Positions 40,097 through 50,377 of a stretch of 64,000 bases of DNA are shown one piece after another. Within the stretch, counting starts at the first letter, position 1. Every line of letters begins with the position of its first letter. The translations under genes and the position numbers were made by a program. Source of the DNA: an uncultured Fibrobacteria bacterium (lineage in GTDB: Bacteria; Fibrobacterota; Fibrobacteria; UBA11236); NCBI GenBank assembly GCA_963716395.1, contig OY970309.1, positions 1,888,001-1,952,000 of the forward strand, written 5' to 3'. The notes under the pieces are model-generated. The model was not told where the DNA came from, did no database searches, and was given only the letters and a program-made list of their open reading frames with translations.

Positions 40097-40224
40097 GATG
40101 CGGTACGTTCCCCAACTGCGTCTGACGCCATTCTACCACGTGCCGCGATTCCTATCCAATCAAATCGGGTTCGCGTGGCCGGCACCAACACCTTGCAATA
40201 TACAATCCAGGGGCAGCGTTCGGG

Positions 40225-40704
40225 TTACCCTTCGCGGGCCGAGGCGATTTCGCGTTCTTCGGCTTCCATCATGGCTTCGAGGATTTGGGCTTGACTGCGC
40301 AGGAGATTTCGGAAGCGGACGAAAAACTGCTGCTTTTGGTTTTCCAGGCTGAAAATTTCGGCGCGTAAATTCGCGATATGCTCGCGCGACCCGCGCAGTT
40401 CTTCGTCGGCGCGCAATTGCGCCTGCTGCACGATGAGGTCGGCCTCCTGCTCCGCCGACCGGCGCTTCTCTTCCAGCGTCTGCTGCATGGTGATCACGGC
40501 GTCTTGCAGGGTTTTTTCGATGAGCCGGTAATGGTTCACCCGCTCTTCGGAAATTTTGAGCCGCTCCGAAAGCTGGGCGTTCTGGCGGTTCAACTCCTCG
40601 AATTCCTTGGCGATGGAATCGAGCAGCGCCCGCACTTCGTCCGGATCATAGCCGCGAAACTTCGCAGAGAACTCGTGCTTCTTGATGTCGAGGGGTGTGA
40701 TCAT
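40225..40704 (-). CDS. divIVA: DivIVA domain protein
   Basis: MITPLDIKKHEF..RGYDPDEV..LD; coiled coil; GGAGG RBS. Confidence 0.92.
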   Translation of the reverse strand: MITPLDIKKHEFSAKFRGYDPDEVRALLDSIAKEFEELNRQNAQLSERLKISEERVNHYRLIEKTLQDAVITMQQTLEEKRRSAEQEADLIVQQAQLRADEELRGSREHIANLRAEIFSLENQKQQFFVRFRNLLRSQAQILEAMMEAEEREIASAREG

Positions 40705-40807
40705 GCATCCTCCGGCGGTCGCAAATTTGAAAAGTGCAAAAATGGGGAGGGGCGCGGTGGGAAATGCGTTTCAATTTACCTATGCTCAGAATTTTATGCA
40801 CGCAACC

Positions 40808-42244
40808 ATGACCGGAAAAGATTATCTGGACCCGATCTTCGCCGCCCTGACGACGCTGACTTCACACGGGCTGGAAAGCGTGTTCGGCACCGGCATGCAC
40901 ACTTGCGTTGTCGGCAGCGTTACCTGGGCGGATTTGGGAACGGTGCTTTGCCTGCTGCTTTTCGTTCTGCTCGTCCATGCTCTGGCCGCCACCTTTCTGC
41001 GGCACAAAACCCGGCAGGCCGCGGCGACCCCAGGCGGGGAATTGCACCATCATGTCTTTGGCGCGTTGGGCAAGCCTTTTTATGCGCTGATCTGGATTTA
41101 CGGCGTCTATCTGGCCGCGATGCCGCTGCTGCTGAAACTGCCGGCGGATCCAGAATTGCACGTTGTCCGGACGGGTTTTAACAAGGTGTTCGATCTGGGC
41201 GTTTTTGCGGTCGTGTTTTGGCTGTTCTTCCGCTTCACGCGGGTTTTGGAAGCGTGGCTGGCGGTTTGGGCCTCCAAAACGAACAGCAAGCTCGACGATT
41301 TGTTCGTGCCGCTGGTGGGCCGGAGTCTGCGCGTGATCGTGCCGGTGGTGGGAATCATCTTTGCCCTGCCCATCCTCGGGTTGCCGCCCGAATACGCGGG
41401 TGTTTTTGCCAAGGGCAGCAGCATTCTGCTGATCATCGCAGTGTCGGTCATCCTCTTTCAGACCGTGAGCCTGGGCGAAAAAGCCGTCCTGGCGGAATAT
41501 GACATCAAGGCGTCAGACAATCTTCAGGCCCGCAAGATTTACACCCAGGCCCACGTCATCAGCAAGGTGCTCTACGCCGTCATCTCCCTGTTCACCGTGG
41601 CCTCGGTCTTGATGCTGTTCCAAGAGGTGCGGCAATTCGGCACCAGCATTCTGGCCTCGGCGGGCATCGTCGGGATCATACTTGGTTTCGCCGCGCAAAA
41701 GACCATTTCCAACCTGTTCGCCGGTTTTCAACTCGCTCTGACCGAGCCCATCCGCCTGGATGATGTCGTGATCGTCGAAGGCGAATGGGGCCGCATCGAG
41801 GAAATCACCCTCACCTACGTGGTCGTGCATATTTGGGATGACCGCCGGCTGGTGGTACCGTTGAGTAATTTCATTGAAAAACCGTTTCAGAACTGGACCC
41901 GCGTCTCGGCGGAATTGCTCGGTTCGGTTTTCGTATGGACGGATTACACGCTGCCGTTGGACGAAGCGCGCCGGGCGTTGCAGGACATCATCGAAAACCA
42001 TCCGCTCTGGGACAAACGCTTTTGGAACCTGCAGGTGACCGACACAAGCGAAAAAACCATGCAGTTGCGCGTGTTGGCCACGTCCGCGGATTCGTCCAAA
42101 TCCTGGGATTTGCGCTGCGCCATCCGCGAGCAATTTATCGCCTATCTGCAAAAAAGCCATCCGGAATGCCTGCCGCGCGTGCGCGCCGAAATGTGCCCGC
42201 CGTTTCCCGCCGGCGATCCAATCCCTAAATCCATCGGGCCCTGA
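40808..42244 (+). CDS. MscS-family mechanosensitive channel
   Basis: GFAAQ, PIRLDDVV, GRIEEITLTY, PFQNWTR; start uncertain. Confidence 0.92.
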   Translation: MTGKDYLDPIFAALTTLTSHGLESVFGTGMHTCVVGSVTWADLGTVLCLLLFVLLVHALAATFLRHKTRQAAATPGGELHHHVFGALGKPFYALIWIYGVYLAAMPLLLKLPADPELHVVRTGFNKVFDLGVFAVVFWLFFRFTRVLEAWLAVWASKTNSKLDDLFVPLVGRSLRVIVPVVGIIFALPILGLPPEYAGVFAKGSSILLIIAVSVILFQTVSLGEKAVLAEYDIKASDNLQARKIYTQAHVISKVLYAVISLFTVASVLMLFQEVRQFGTSILASAGIVGIILGFAAQKTISNLFAGFQLALTEPIRLDDVVIVEGEWGRIEEITLTYVVVHIWDDRRLVVPLSNFIEKPFQNWTRVSAELLGSVFVWTDYTLPLDEARRALQDIIENHPLWDKRFWNLQVTDTSEKTMQLRVLATSADSSKSWDLRCAIREQFIAYLQKSHPECLPRVRAEMCPPFPAGDPIPKSIGP

Positions 42245-42391
42245 ACGAAACGCCTGCGGAAAACGGCCGGGTCCGCGCCGTCCTCGAAACCATCGCGCTG
42301 GAAATCGACGGCGGCCGCAGTTCCGATCCACGCACCGCCCGCCGGGAATTCCAGGTGATCGCATCCCCGGACTTTGTTCTATTTCCCCAGC

Positions 42392-43702
42392 ATGCGGTTT
42401 GACATGCTTTCTCGAAGCCGGATTTGGCTGGCCGCCGCCGCCGTGAGCGTCTTGCTGGGCTGCCGCGGCGCCCAAAACGAGCCCTTGGAATTCGCCGTGG
42501 GCGGCGTTCCCGCCGAAATGCAGGTGTGGCAGCAGGTCATCGCCGCGTTTACCGCCGCCACCGGGCAGAAGGTGGATTTGCTGCGCCAGCCGGCGGATTC
42601 GGATCAGCGCCGCCAGGGATTGGCCGTGGCTTTGCAAGCCGGACAAAGCCGCCCCGACGTCTTCCTCATGGACGTGGCCTGGATTCCGCAGTTCGCGGCT
42701 TCGCATTGGCTCAGTCCCCTGTCGGTTACGGGTGACACGGACTTGCCCGGCCCCCAATCCTTTCCCGCCGGCGCCTTGGCGGTCGACAGCGCGCAGGGCC
42801 GGCTCGTGGCCCTGCCGGTATACATCGACGGCGGCCTCTTGTATTACCGCCAAGACCTGCTGACGAAATACGGGTTCACGCATCCGCCGGAGACTTGGGA
42901 CAGCCTGGTGGCCATGGCGCGCAAGGTCCAGGCCGGGGAACGCCGGCACCATCCCGACTTTTACGGCTATGTGTGGCAGGGCGCGCAGTATGAGGGGTTG
43001 GTCTGCGATTATCTCGAAGTGGCCGCTTCGGCGGGCGGCGGCCTCAACGCCGCGGCTCCGGATTTGGATGCGGCGCAGCCGGCGAATGTGCGGGCCCTGC
43101 GCTTTTTAACCAGCCTGGTGGGGCCCGGAGGCATTTCACCGCCCGAGACCTATACCGAGATGAAAGAAGAAGAGGTGCGCCGCTATTTCCAGCGCGGCGC
43201 GGCCCTGTTCGAACGCAACTGGCCGTACGCCTGGGCGCTACATCAGGCCGCGGATTCGCCGGTGCGCGGCTTGGTGGGCATGGCGCCGCTGCCGCATTTT
43301 CCCGGACACGTTTCGGCCGCGACCTTGGGAGGCTGGCATGTGGGCATCTCGCGCTTCACCCGCCATTCCGCTGCCGCCCGGAAACTGGTCGGTTACCTGG
43401 TCTCGTTGCCGGTGCAGCGGCGCTTGGCTTTGCAACTGGGTTGGAATCCGGGACGCATGGAGATTTACCGCGACACGGCGGTTCTGGCCCGGCGGCCCGA
43501 TTTCAAAGAACTGCGGACGGTGTTCGCGCATGCCGTGGCGCGGCCCAATGTGCCTTATTGGTCGCCGCTCTCCGAAGTTCTGCAACGCCATCTAAACGCC
43601 GCCTTGGCCGGCAAAGCCACGCCGGAGGCCGCGTTGCAGGCGGCGCAACGCGAACTCGCCGCGGTCACGGCGCGGTATCGCGACGTGGGAAGCCATGACT
43701 GA
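42392..43702 (+). CDS. Sugar ABC transporter substrate-binding lipoprotein (trehalose/maltose-like)
   Basis: Lipobox LLGC; DVAWIPQFA, QYEGLVC, RNWPY, LGGW. Confidence 0.92.
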   Translation: MRFDMLSRSRIWLAAAAVSVLLGCRGAQNEPLEFAVGGVPAEMQVWQQVIAAFTAATGQKVDLLRQPADSDQRRQGLAVALQAGQSRPDVFLMDVAWIPQFAASHWLSPLSVTGDTDLPGPQSFPAGALAVDSAQGRLVALPVYIDGGLLYYRQDLLTKYGFTHPPETWDSLVAMARKVQAGERRHHPDFYGYVWQGAQYEGLVCDYLEVAASAGGGLNAAAPDLDAAQPANVRALRFLTSLVGPGGISPPETYTEMKEEEVRRYFQRGAALFERNWPYAWALHQAADSPVRGLVGMAPLPHFPGHVSAATLGGWHVGISRFTRHSAAARKLVGYLVSLPVQRRLALQLGWNPGRMEIYRDTAVLARRPDFKELRTVFAHAVARPNVPYWSPLSEVLQRHLNAALAGKATPEAALQAAQRELAAVTARYRDVGSHD

Positions 43703-44585
43703 ATCCGGCGGCTGGCGCACGGCCTGGCCGTATCTGTTGCCGGCCCTGCTGGCCGCCGCCGTCTTTTTGCTCTTTCCCCTGGGCGGCACCTTGGTGACGA
43801 GTTTTTTCCGTGACGTGTCGTTTTTGCCGACTCGCTTCATCGGCGGCGGAAATTACCGGGCCCTGCTGCGCGACCCGGCCTTTTGGCAGGCGTTCCGGTT
43901 CACCGTGTTTTTCGTGGCCGCGTCGGTGCCCTTGGAAACCGCGCTGGGCCTGGTTTTCGCCCTGCTGCTGAACCAGGTGTCGGGAGCGGGCCGGAGCGGA
44001 CGGCTGCGCGCCGGGTTTTTGCGTGCGGCCGTGCTGATTCCCTGGGCGGTGCCGGCCGCCGTGTCGGCGCGCACCTTCGAATTGATTTATCAATACCATG
44101 CGGGTCTGGTGAACGCGTTGCTCTCGCGGTGGGGAGGGATGGCGCCGGTGAATTGGCTCGGCTCAGCGCCCGGCGCCTTTTTCGCGTTGGTGCTGGCCGA
44201 CGCCTGGAAGACCACGCCGTTTGCGGCCATCCTCTTTTTGGCCGGCCTGGCCGCCATTCCCGAAGATGTGCAGCGCCAGGCGCGCGTGGACGGGGCGCAT
44301 TTCACGCAGCGTTTTTTCCGCGTCACCTTGCCGTTACTGCGGCCGATTTTCCTGGTGGTGGTGCTGTTTCGCGGCATCGATGCGCTGCGCGTCTTCGATC
44401 TCAATTACGTGCTGACCGGCGGCGGCCCCGGCGGCGCCACCACGTCGCTATCGCTGTTCGGTTACCGCCTCTATCTCGCGGGGGATTACGGCCTGGGAGC
44501 GGCGGCGTCCATGGTGCTGTTCGCCCTGTCTTTCGCCCTGGCCTGGGTCTATGCCCGCCGCGGTTGGGCGCAAGGGGCGGTATGA
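43695..44585 (+). CDS. Sugar ABC transporter permease (MalF-like)
   Basis: WKTTPF, ARVDGA EAA-like loop, LTGGGPG. Confidence 0.92.
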   Translation: MTESGGWRTAWPYLLPALLAAAVFLLFPLGGTLVTSFFRDVSFLPTRFIGGGNYRALLRDPAFWQAFRFTVFFVAASVPLETALGLVFALLLNQVSGAGRSGRLRAGFLRAAVLIPWAVPAAVSARTFELIYQYHAGLVNALLSRWGGMAPVNWLGSAPGAFFALVLADAWKTTPFAAILFLAGLAAIPEDVQRQARVDGAHFTQRFFRVTLPLLRPIFLVVVLFRGIDALRVFDLNYVLTGGGPGGATTSLSLFGYRLYLAGDYGLGAAASMVLFALSFALAWVYARRGWAQGAV

Positions 44586-45410
44586 GCGAAGCCGCCCAGC
44601 AGCGCCTGTGCGTCGCGGCCGGAACGCTGCTGCTGACCGTATTCTGTCTGTTACCCTTCGTCTACATGGTGCTGGTGGCCTTCGCCGGGCGTCCCGATTT
44701 TCTGGCGCCGGGAGCGTCGTTTCACTTCACGTTGGCTCATTTCCGCAGCGTGGCCGATCCGGTGCTGCACGTCTTTGATCTGCATGCGCAACAGCCTGGT
44801 CGTGGCCGGGGTCACGGCCCTGCTGGCGCCGTTGCTGGCGGGCCTGGCGGCGTACCCTCTCGCGCGCCTGCGGGTGCGCGGCAAAAAGGCGCTGCTCTTC
44901 GGCGCCCTGGGGCTTTCCATGGTGCCGCCCATCTGCATCGCCGGCTATCTGTTTCGCATGGCGGCCAGTGTCGGCCTCACCAATACCTATCCGGCTTTGA
45001 TTCTTCCTTATGTCGCCTGGCTGCTGCCGCTTTGCCTGTGGTTTCTGGCCGGTTATTTCGGCGGCTTGCCGCGCGAATTGGATCGCGCCGCCAGCATCGA
45101 CGGGTGCACAACCTGGCAAATCCTGACCCGGGTGTTGTTGCCGCTGGCCCGTCCGGGGCTGATCTCGGCAGGATTGCTGGCCTTCGTATTCGCCTTCAAC
45201 GAATTCCTCTTTGCGCTGCTCTTGACCGTCGATTGGCATGCCCGCACCTTGCCCGTGGGCATCGCCCTGTTTCAGGGTTTGCACGGCGAGGTGCCCTGGT
45301 GCCTGCTCATGGCGGTTTCCACCGTGGCGGCTTTGCCGGTGGTGGTGGTGGCGGTGCTGTTCCAGGGCCATGTGGTGCAGGGCCTCACGCGCGGGGCGGT
45401 GAAGGGATGA
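44582..45410 (+). pseudogene. Sugar ABC transporter permease (MalG-like), frameshifted near 44775-44782
   Basis: MSEAAQ..LPFVYM in one frame, MRNSLVVA..AASIDG..GLTRGAVKG in another; may be a sequencing error. Confidence 0.85.
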
Positions 45411-46504
45411 CGCCCGGGAAAAACCCGCCCGGGCTGCCGGTGCGCCTCGAACAGGTGCGCAAGGTTTATGCGGGCCGCGGCGCCACGGTGACGGCCATCG
45501 GCGGAATCGATTTGGCCGTGGAGCCGGGGGAGTTCTTCATTCTGCTCGGGCCCAGCGGCTGCGGTAAAAGCACCCTGTTGGACCTGCTGGCGGGATTGGC
45601 GGCGCCCGATGCCGGCACCATCTGCTTCGGCGCCGAGGTGGTGGCCGATCCGGGCCGCGGAATTTGGCGCACGCCCAAGGAGCGCAACGTGGCCATGGTA
45701 TTCCAAAGCTATGCGCTGTATCCGCATCTCAGCGTGGCCGAAAATATCGCCTTTCCGCTGCGCGTCGGCGGCGCCCGGAAGGAAACCGTCACCCCCGCGG
45801 TGCGCGCCGCGGCCGCGTCGGTGCAAATCCTCGATCTGCTGGAGCGCAAGCCCGCCGAACTGAGCGGCGGCCAGAGGCAACGCGTGGCCATCGCCCGCGC
45901 TTTGGTGCGGCATCCCGCGCTGTTTCTGCTCGATGAGCCGCTTTCCAATCTCGACGCCCGGCTGCGGACCGCGACCCGCGCCCGGCTCAAATCCCTGCAA
46001 CGTAACCTGGGTGTTACGACGGTGTACGTCACCCACGATCAGCAGGAGGCGTTGGCCCTGGGCGATCGCGTGGCGGTTTTAAAGCGCGGGCACATCGAGC
46101 AAATCGGACCGCCCGGCGAACTGATCGCCCGTCCGGCCACGGCCTTCGTGGCCCGCTTCGCGGGCAATCCGCCCATGAACATGCTGCGCCTGCGCACCGG
46201 CGAAACCCATCCGGGTCTGTCGCGCGAACGCCTGGCCGCGGCGGGGCTTACGCACGCGGCCACCTTCTTGCTGGGCGTGCGTCCCGAACGCATCGCCTTA
46301 TCATCGCCTGAATCCGAACGCGGCTGGCCGGCCGAGGTGGAATCCGTCGAACCTCTGGGCCGCGATCATCTGGTGCATCTTTCGGCCGGCGAGCGGAGAT
46401 TTTCGGTTTTGACCGCCGGCGCCGCGCCGTGTGCGGGCGAACGCGTGCGGGCCGAGATCGACTTCGATTCCGCCCAACTGTTTCCGGATGACGGCGAAGA
46501 GTGA
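45407..46504 (+). CDS. Sugar ABC transporter ATP-binding protein (MalK-like)
   Basis: GPSGCGKS, LSGGQRQR, DEPLSNLD, VTHDQ. Confidence 0.94.
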   Translation: MTPGKNPPGLPVRLEQVRKVYAGRGATVTAIGGIDLAVEPGEFFILLGPSGCGKSTLLDLLAGLAAPDAGTICFGAEVVADPGRGIWRTPKERNVAMVFQSYALYPHLSVAENIAFPLRVGGARKETVTPAVRAAAASVQILDLLERKPAELSGGQRQRVAIARALVRHPALFLLDEPLSNLDARLRTATRARLKSLQRNLGVTTVYVTHDQQEALALGDRVAVLKRGHIEQIGPPGELIARPATAFVARFAGNPPMNMLRLRTGETHPGLSRERLAAAGLTHAATFLLGVRPERIALSSPESERGWPAEVESVEPLGRDHLVHLSAGERRFSVLTAGAAPCAGERVRAEIDFDSAQLFPDDGEE

Positions 46505-46627
46505 GGCGAAGAGTGAGGGGAAGAGGCGCGGCGTCCGCCGGAGGGGTAGGTGTGCGATCCGTGCGCCGATCAACGGCGGAAGATCCCCACTGGGTAACAC
46601 AAACGTAACGTTACACCCGTAACGGGT

Positions 46628-47566
46628 CTAATGCCCGTTGCCGCAGTCGCCGGCTTCGCATTGACCGGCCTGCAAGGTGATGTGGCCGATGCCGAATTCG
46701 CGCTGCAGGTTTTGGCGCAAGGCCGACACCACCTGGGGCTCGCTTTGCTCGCCTTCGCCGGTGGCCACATGCGCGCTGAGGTAAAGGTCGCGGCCGTTCA
46801 ACGTCCACACATGCATGTCATGCACGTCGCGCACCTGCGGGGTGGCGAGCATGGCGCGGCGCACGCTTTCGAGATCCACCTCTTCGGGTGTGCCTTCGAC
46901 GAGAATATGGGCGCTGCGGCCCAGCACGCGCACCGCACCCGCGCTCAGAATGGCGGCGATGAACAAGGTGGCCGCGGGGTCGACCCAAAGCCAGCCCTTG
47001 GCGTACAGCAACGCCCCGGCCAAAAGGGCGGCGGCCGAGCCCAGGGCGTCGCCGGCAATATGCAGCAGCACACTGTCTTCGTTCAGGTTTTTTTCTTCGC
47101 CGCCGCGGTGCAGCCAAGTCGCCATGCCCAGATTGAGCAGCAGACCCAGACCCGCCACCACCATCATGGGTTTCGCGGCCGGGGTTTCGGGGCGCCAGAA
47201 GCCCACCGCGGCCTTGACGGCCAACACCGTGGTGAGCACCAGCAACACCACGGTGTTGGCAAAAGCCGCCAGCACTTCGAAACGTTTGTAGCCAAAGGTC
47301 TTTTCGGCGGTGGGCCGCCGCAAGCTGAGACGCGCCGCACCCGCGGCCAAAGCGAAGGCGACGGTGTCGGAAAGCATGTGCAGGGCGTCGGAAAGCAGGG
47401 CCAGCGAATGGGCCCAGAACCCGGTCGCAGCTTCCACCGCCATGAAGACCGCTGCCAGGCCGAAACAAACCAGCAGGCGGGCTTGGGACGAAACCGGGGA
47501 ACGCGCCGGGTACTCCACCGAAGAAGGTTCCCCGCGGGCTCGGGTCGCAGTGTGAGGGAATGCCAT
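46628..47566 (-). CDS. Cation diffusion facilitator (CzcD/ZitB-like)
   Basis: SLALLSDALHMLSD, HIAGDALGS, HDMHVW. Confidence 0.93.
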   Translation of the reverse strand: MAFPHTATRARGEPSSVEYPARSPVSSQARLLVCFGLAAVFMAVEAATGFWAHSLALLSDALHMLSDTVAFALAAGAARLSLRRPTAEKTFGYKRFEVLAAFANTVVLLVLTTVLAVKAAVGFWRPETPAAKPMMVVAGLGLLLNLGMATWLHRGGEEKNLNEDSVLLHIAGDALGSAAALLAGALLYAKGWLWVDPAATLFIAAILSAGAVRVLGRSAHILVEGTPEEVDLESVRRAMLATPQVRDVHDMHVWTLNGRDLYLSAHVATGEGEQSEPQVVSALRQNLQREFGIGHITLQAGQCEAGDCGNGH

Positions 47567-47686
47567 GCGGTGCTCCGCGCTCAGAATAACCCGAGAAAGA
47601 GACGGCGGCAAGGCGGATGCGGGGCCGTGGCCGGCTGCCCCGCTTTTTCCCTGTCGGCGAGGAAAAATTTTCAGGCCAGAGAAACG

Positions 47687-47719
47687 TTGACGGGTTTAAG
47701 ATTGAGATTTAGTCTTAAT
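47687..47719 (+). promoter_or_regulatory. Sigma70 promoter overlapped by a Fur-family box
   Basis: TTGACG-17-TAGTCT; 19-bp dyad ATTGAGATTTAGTCTTAAT (47701-47719). Confidence 0.7.
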
Positions 47720-47759
47720 CATGAGGTCCGGTTTCCCTTCCAAATTGCAAGGAGTCTGT

Positions 47760-48962
47760 ATGTCCCATCCCGTTCCCATCCTGAAGCCCGAGCCCGCCGC
47801 CCGGGCGCCTTTCCCTCGCCGGTTTACTCTCGGCCTCGCCTGCGCCGTGGGCGTCGCCTTGTCGGCCACTCCCGCCTCGGCCGATTCGGCCCCTTCCCTC
47901 GGCGGCTATGGCGAAATCGCCTACAATCATTATCCGCGGGGCGCCGACCGGGACCAGGCCGATCTCAAACGCTTCGTGATTTTCCTCGGCTACGGCTTCA
48001 ACGATCAATGGAGCTTTAACAGCGAGGTGGAATGGGAGCACGCGGTGGCCAGCGCCGACGACTTGGGCGAAAGCGAGATTGAACAGGCCTATTTGAATTA
48101 TCAATTTGCGCCGTCGCTGAACCTCAAGACCGGACTTTTCTTGATGCCGTTCGGGCTTCTCAACCAGGCGCATGAACCGCCGGTTTTCTACGGTGTCGAG
48201 CGCAACGAGGTGGAAACCCGCATCATTCCCAGCACTTGGCGCGAAGGCGGCATCGGCCTTTCCGGCAACACCGCCCTCGGCCTCGACTTCGACGCCGGCG
48301 TCACCACCGGTTTCGACGTCGCCAAATTCGACGATCCCGGGTCGCCCCTGAGCTCGATGCATCAGGAATTGCAACTTGCCAAGGCCAATGATCTGGCGGC
48401 GTACGGGGCCCTAAACTACCGCGGCCTTCCGGGGTTCACCCTCGGAGGCGCGTTGTTTACCGGTAATTCGGGGCAAAGCAATGCCGATTTCGAATCCGAT
48501 CAATCCGGGCCCGATTTCTCCGGCATCAACGGCCGCATCTTTTTATGGGACGGCCATACCCGCTGGCAAAAAAAAGGCTGGGATCTGGAAGCCGTCTATG
48601 CCCAAGGTGTGATCGGCGAGGCGGATCGCATCGACGCGCAATTGCAGGCCTTTAACGCTGCGAACAACGATGATCGCCCCTATGTGCCGGATCAATTCTA
48701 TGGTTGGTTGGTGCAAGGCGCGTACACGGTTTTCCGGCATGGGGATCTTTCTTTGGCCCCTTTTCTGCGCTACGAACAGTATGACACGCAACTGAAAATG
48801 CCGGCGGGATTCACGTACGATCCTACGAATGCCGACCGCGTGACCACGGCGGGTTTTTCCTTTAAACCTCTGTCGCAGGTGGTGTTCAAAGCCGATTATC
48901 AGTATTACAAGGATCATACCGACAATAGCCGCTTCAACCTCGGCCTCGGGTACATGTTTTAA
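47760..48962 (+). CDS. Outer-membrane porin (OprO/OprP-like fold)
   Basis: AAGGAG RBS; GGYGEI, EVEWEH, HEPPVFYGVERN; ends LGYMF. Confidence 0.87.
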   Translation: MSHPVPILKPEPAARAPFPRRFTLGLACAVGVALSATPASADSAPSLGGYGEIAYNHYPRGADRDQADLKRFVIFLGYGFNDQWSFNSEVEWEHAVASADDLGESEIEQAYLNYQFAPSLNLKTGLFLMPFGLLNQAHEPPVFYGVERNEVETRIIPSTWREGGIGLSGNTALGLDFDAGVTTGFDVAKFDDPGSPLSSMHQELQLAKANDLAAYGALNYRGLPGFTLGGALFTGNSGQSNADFESDQSGPDFSGINGRIFLWDGHTRWQKKGWDLEAVYAQGVIGEADRIDAQLQAFNAANNDDRPYVPDQFYGWLVQGAYTVFRHGDLSLAPFLRYEQYDTQLKMPAGFTYDPTNADRVTTAGFSFKPLSQVVFKADYQYYKDHTDNSRFNLGLGYMF

Positions 48963-48978
48963 GATTCGGGAGGATGTT

Positions 48979-49494
48979 GTGAGACACAGCGCGTGGGTCT
49001 GGCTTCCCGTGGCCGCCATTTCCACCTCGGTTTACGCCAAAACCTATTTCACCGTGGCCGAGGCCCAGCAAGCGATCTTTCCCGGGGAAAAACTCACCCC
49101 CGACTTCCTCACTTTGAGCGACTCGCAGGCGGCGCTCATCGCCAAACGAACCGGACAGGACGTGATCCACCGGCAGATCAAGGCGTGGAAAGTCGCCGGG
49201 GGCGGGTGGTTCATCGTCGACGAAGTGGTGGGCAAGCACGAGCTCATCACCTATGCCGTCGGCCTGAACCCGGACGGCAGCGTCAAGCAAATCGAAATCA
49301 TGGATTACCGCGAATCCTACGGCTATGAGATTCGCAACGCCAGATGGCTGCGGCAATTCGCGGGCAAGACGGCGGCCGATCCGGTTATGCTGAACCAGGA
49401 TATCGGCAATATCAGCGGCGCCACCCTTTCTTCGCGGCACGTGACCGAAGGCGTCCGGCGCGTGCTGGCAACCTATGCCGTCGCGCTCAAATAG
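48979..49494 (+). CDS. Exported FMN-binding protein (RnfG/NqrC-like)
   Basis: Signal peptide; YRESYG; flavinylation motif ISGATLSS. Confidence 0.9.
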   Translation: MRHSAWVWLPVAAISTSVYAKTYFTVAEAQQAIFPGEKLTPDFLTLSDSQAALIAKRTGQDVIHRQIKAWKVAGGGWFIVDEVVGKHELITYAVGLNPDGSVKQIEIMDYRESYGYEIRNARWLRQFAGKTAADPVMLNQDIGNISGATLSSRHVTEGVRRVLATYAVALK

Positions 49495-50377
49495 CCTGGA
49501 GCGCGCCCGTCCCCTGCTGGGGACTTTGGTCATGATTCGCGTCGAAGCGGCCGCGGATCGCCCGGCCTTGGCGGCGGCGGTGGATCAGGCTTTTGCCGCG
49601 GTCGAACGCGTGGAGCGTCGCATGAGTTTCCACGACAGTAACAGCGATGTTTCCCATATCAACGCCGCCGCGGCCGGAGGCGAAATTTCCGTCGACCCGG
49701 AAACGATGCGGGTCCTGTCGTTCGCCTTCGTTCTGGGCGAGCTTTCCCGCGGAGCGTTCGATATCGCGGCGGCCCCGGCGCTGGTGCGGGCGGGATTTCT
49801 GCCGGCGCGACCGCCCCGCGCAAGGCCCGGTGCAGATGCCACCTTCCGCGACTTGGAATTGCTCGACGACCGCCGCGTCCGGTGGAAGCGCAAGGGATGG
49901 ATCGATTTGGGGGGCATTGCCAAAGGGTATGCCGTCGATCGCGCCGTCGCAGTGCTGCAAGCGCAGGGCGTGGCGCATGGCGTGGTCAATGCCGGCGGAG
50001 ATTTGCGCTGCTTCGGCCGGCCGCAACCCGTCGCCGTCCGCCATCCCGAGGCGCTGGCCGCCCGCATCCCGTTGGGAAAGCTGTCCAACCGCGCCTTGGC
50101 GACTTCCGGCGGATATTATTCCAGCGGCGCAGACGGCGGACGTCGGGTGGAGCCCCTGGTCGATCCCAAGCGGCAGGCCTGCACGACCTGGGGCGCCAGC
50201 GTGAGCGTCGCGGCCTCCGATTGCATGACCGCCGACGCGCTGACCAAGGTCGTGCGCCTGGCTCCGCGGCGTACTCCGGAAATCCTGGCGCGCTTTCACG
50301 CCCAGGCTTTCGTGTTGCGCCGCAACCGCCTGCGTTGTTGCGGCGAGATGATTCTGCAACCGGAAACCGCAAAGTGA
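49475..50377 (+). CDS. apbE: FAD:protein FMN transferase
   Basis: LGT, GAFDI, DLGGIAKGYA, NAGGD, ATSG, ADALTK. Confidence 0.9.
   Translation: MPSRSNSLERARPLLGTLVMIRVEAAADRPALAAAVDQAFAAVERVERRMSFHDSNSDVSHINAAAAGGEISVDPETMRVLSFAFVLGELSRGAFDIAAAPALVRAGFLPARPPRARPGADATFRDLELLDDRRVRWKRKGWIDLGGIAKGYAVDRAVAVLQAQGVAHGVVNAGGDLRCFGRPQPVAVRHPEALAARIPLGKLSNRALATSGGYYSSGADGGRRVEPLVDPKRQACTTWGASVSVAASDCMTADALTKVVRLAPRRTPEILARFHAQAFVLRRNRLRCCGEMILQPETAK

Noticed and set aside
43883-46504. 873-aa permease-ATPase fusion ORF
   Set aside because: Artefact of the permease frameshift and a stop-poor GC-rich frame; the ATPase has its own ATGA-coupled start at 45407
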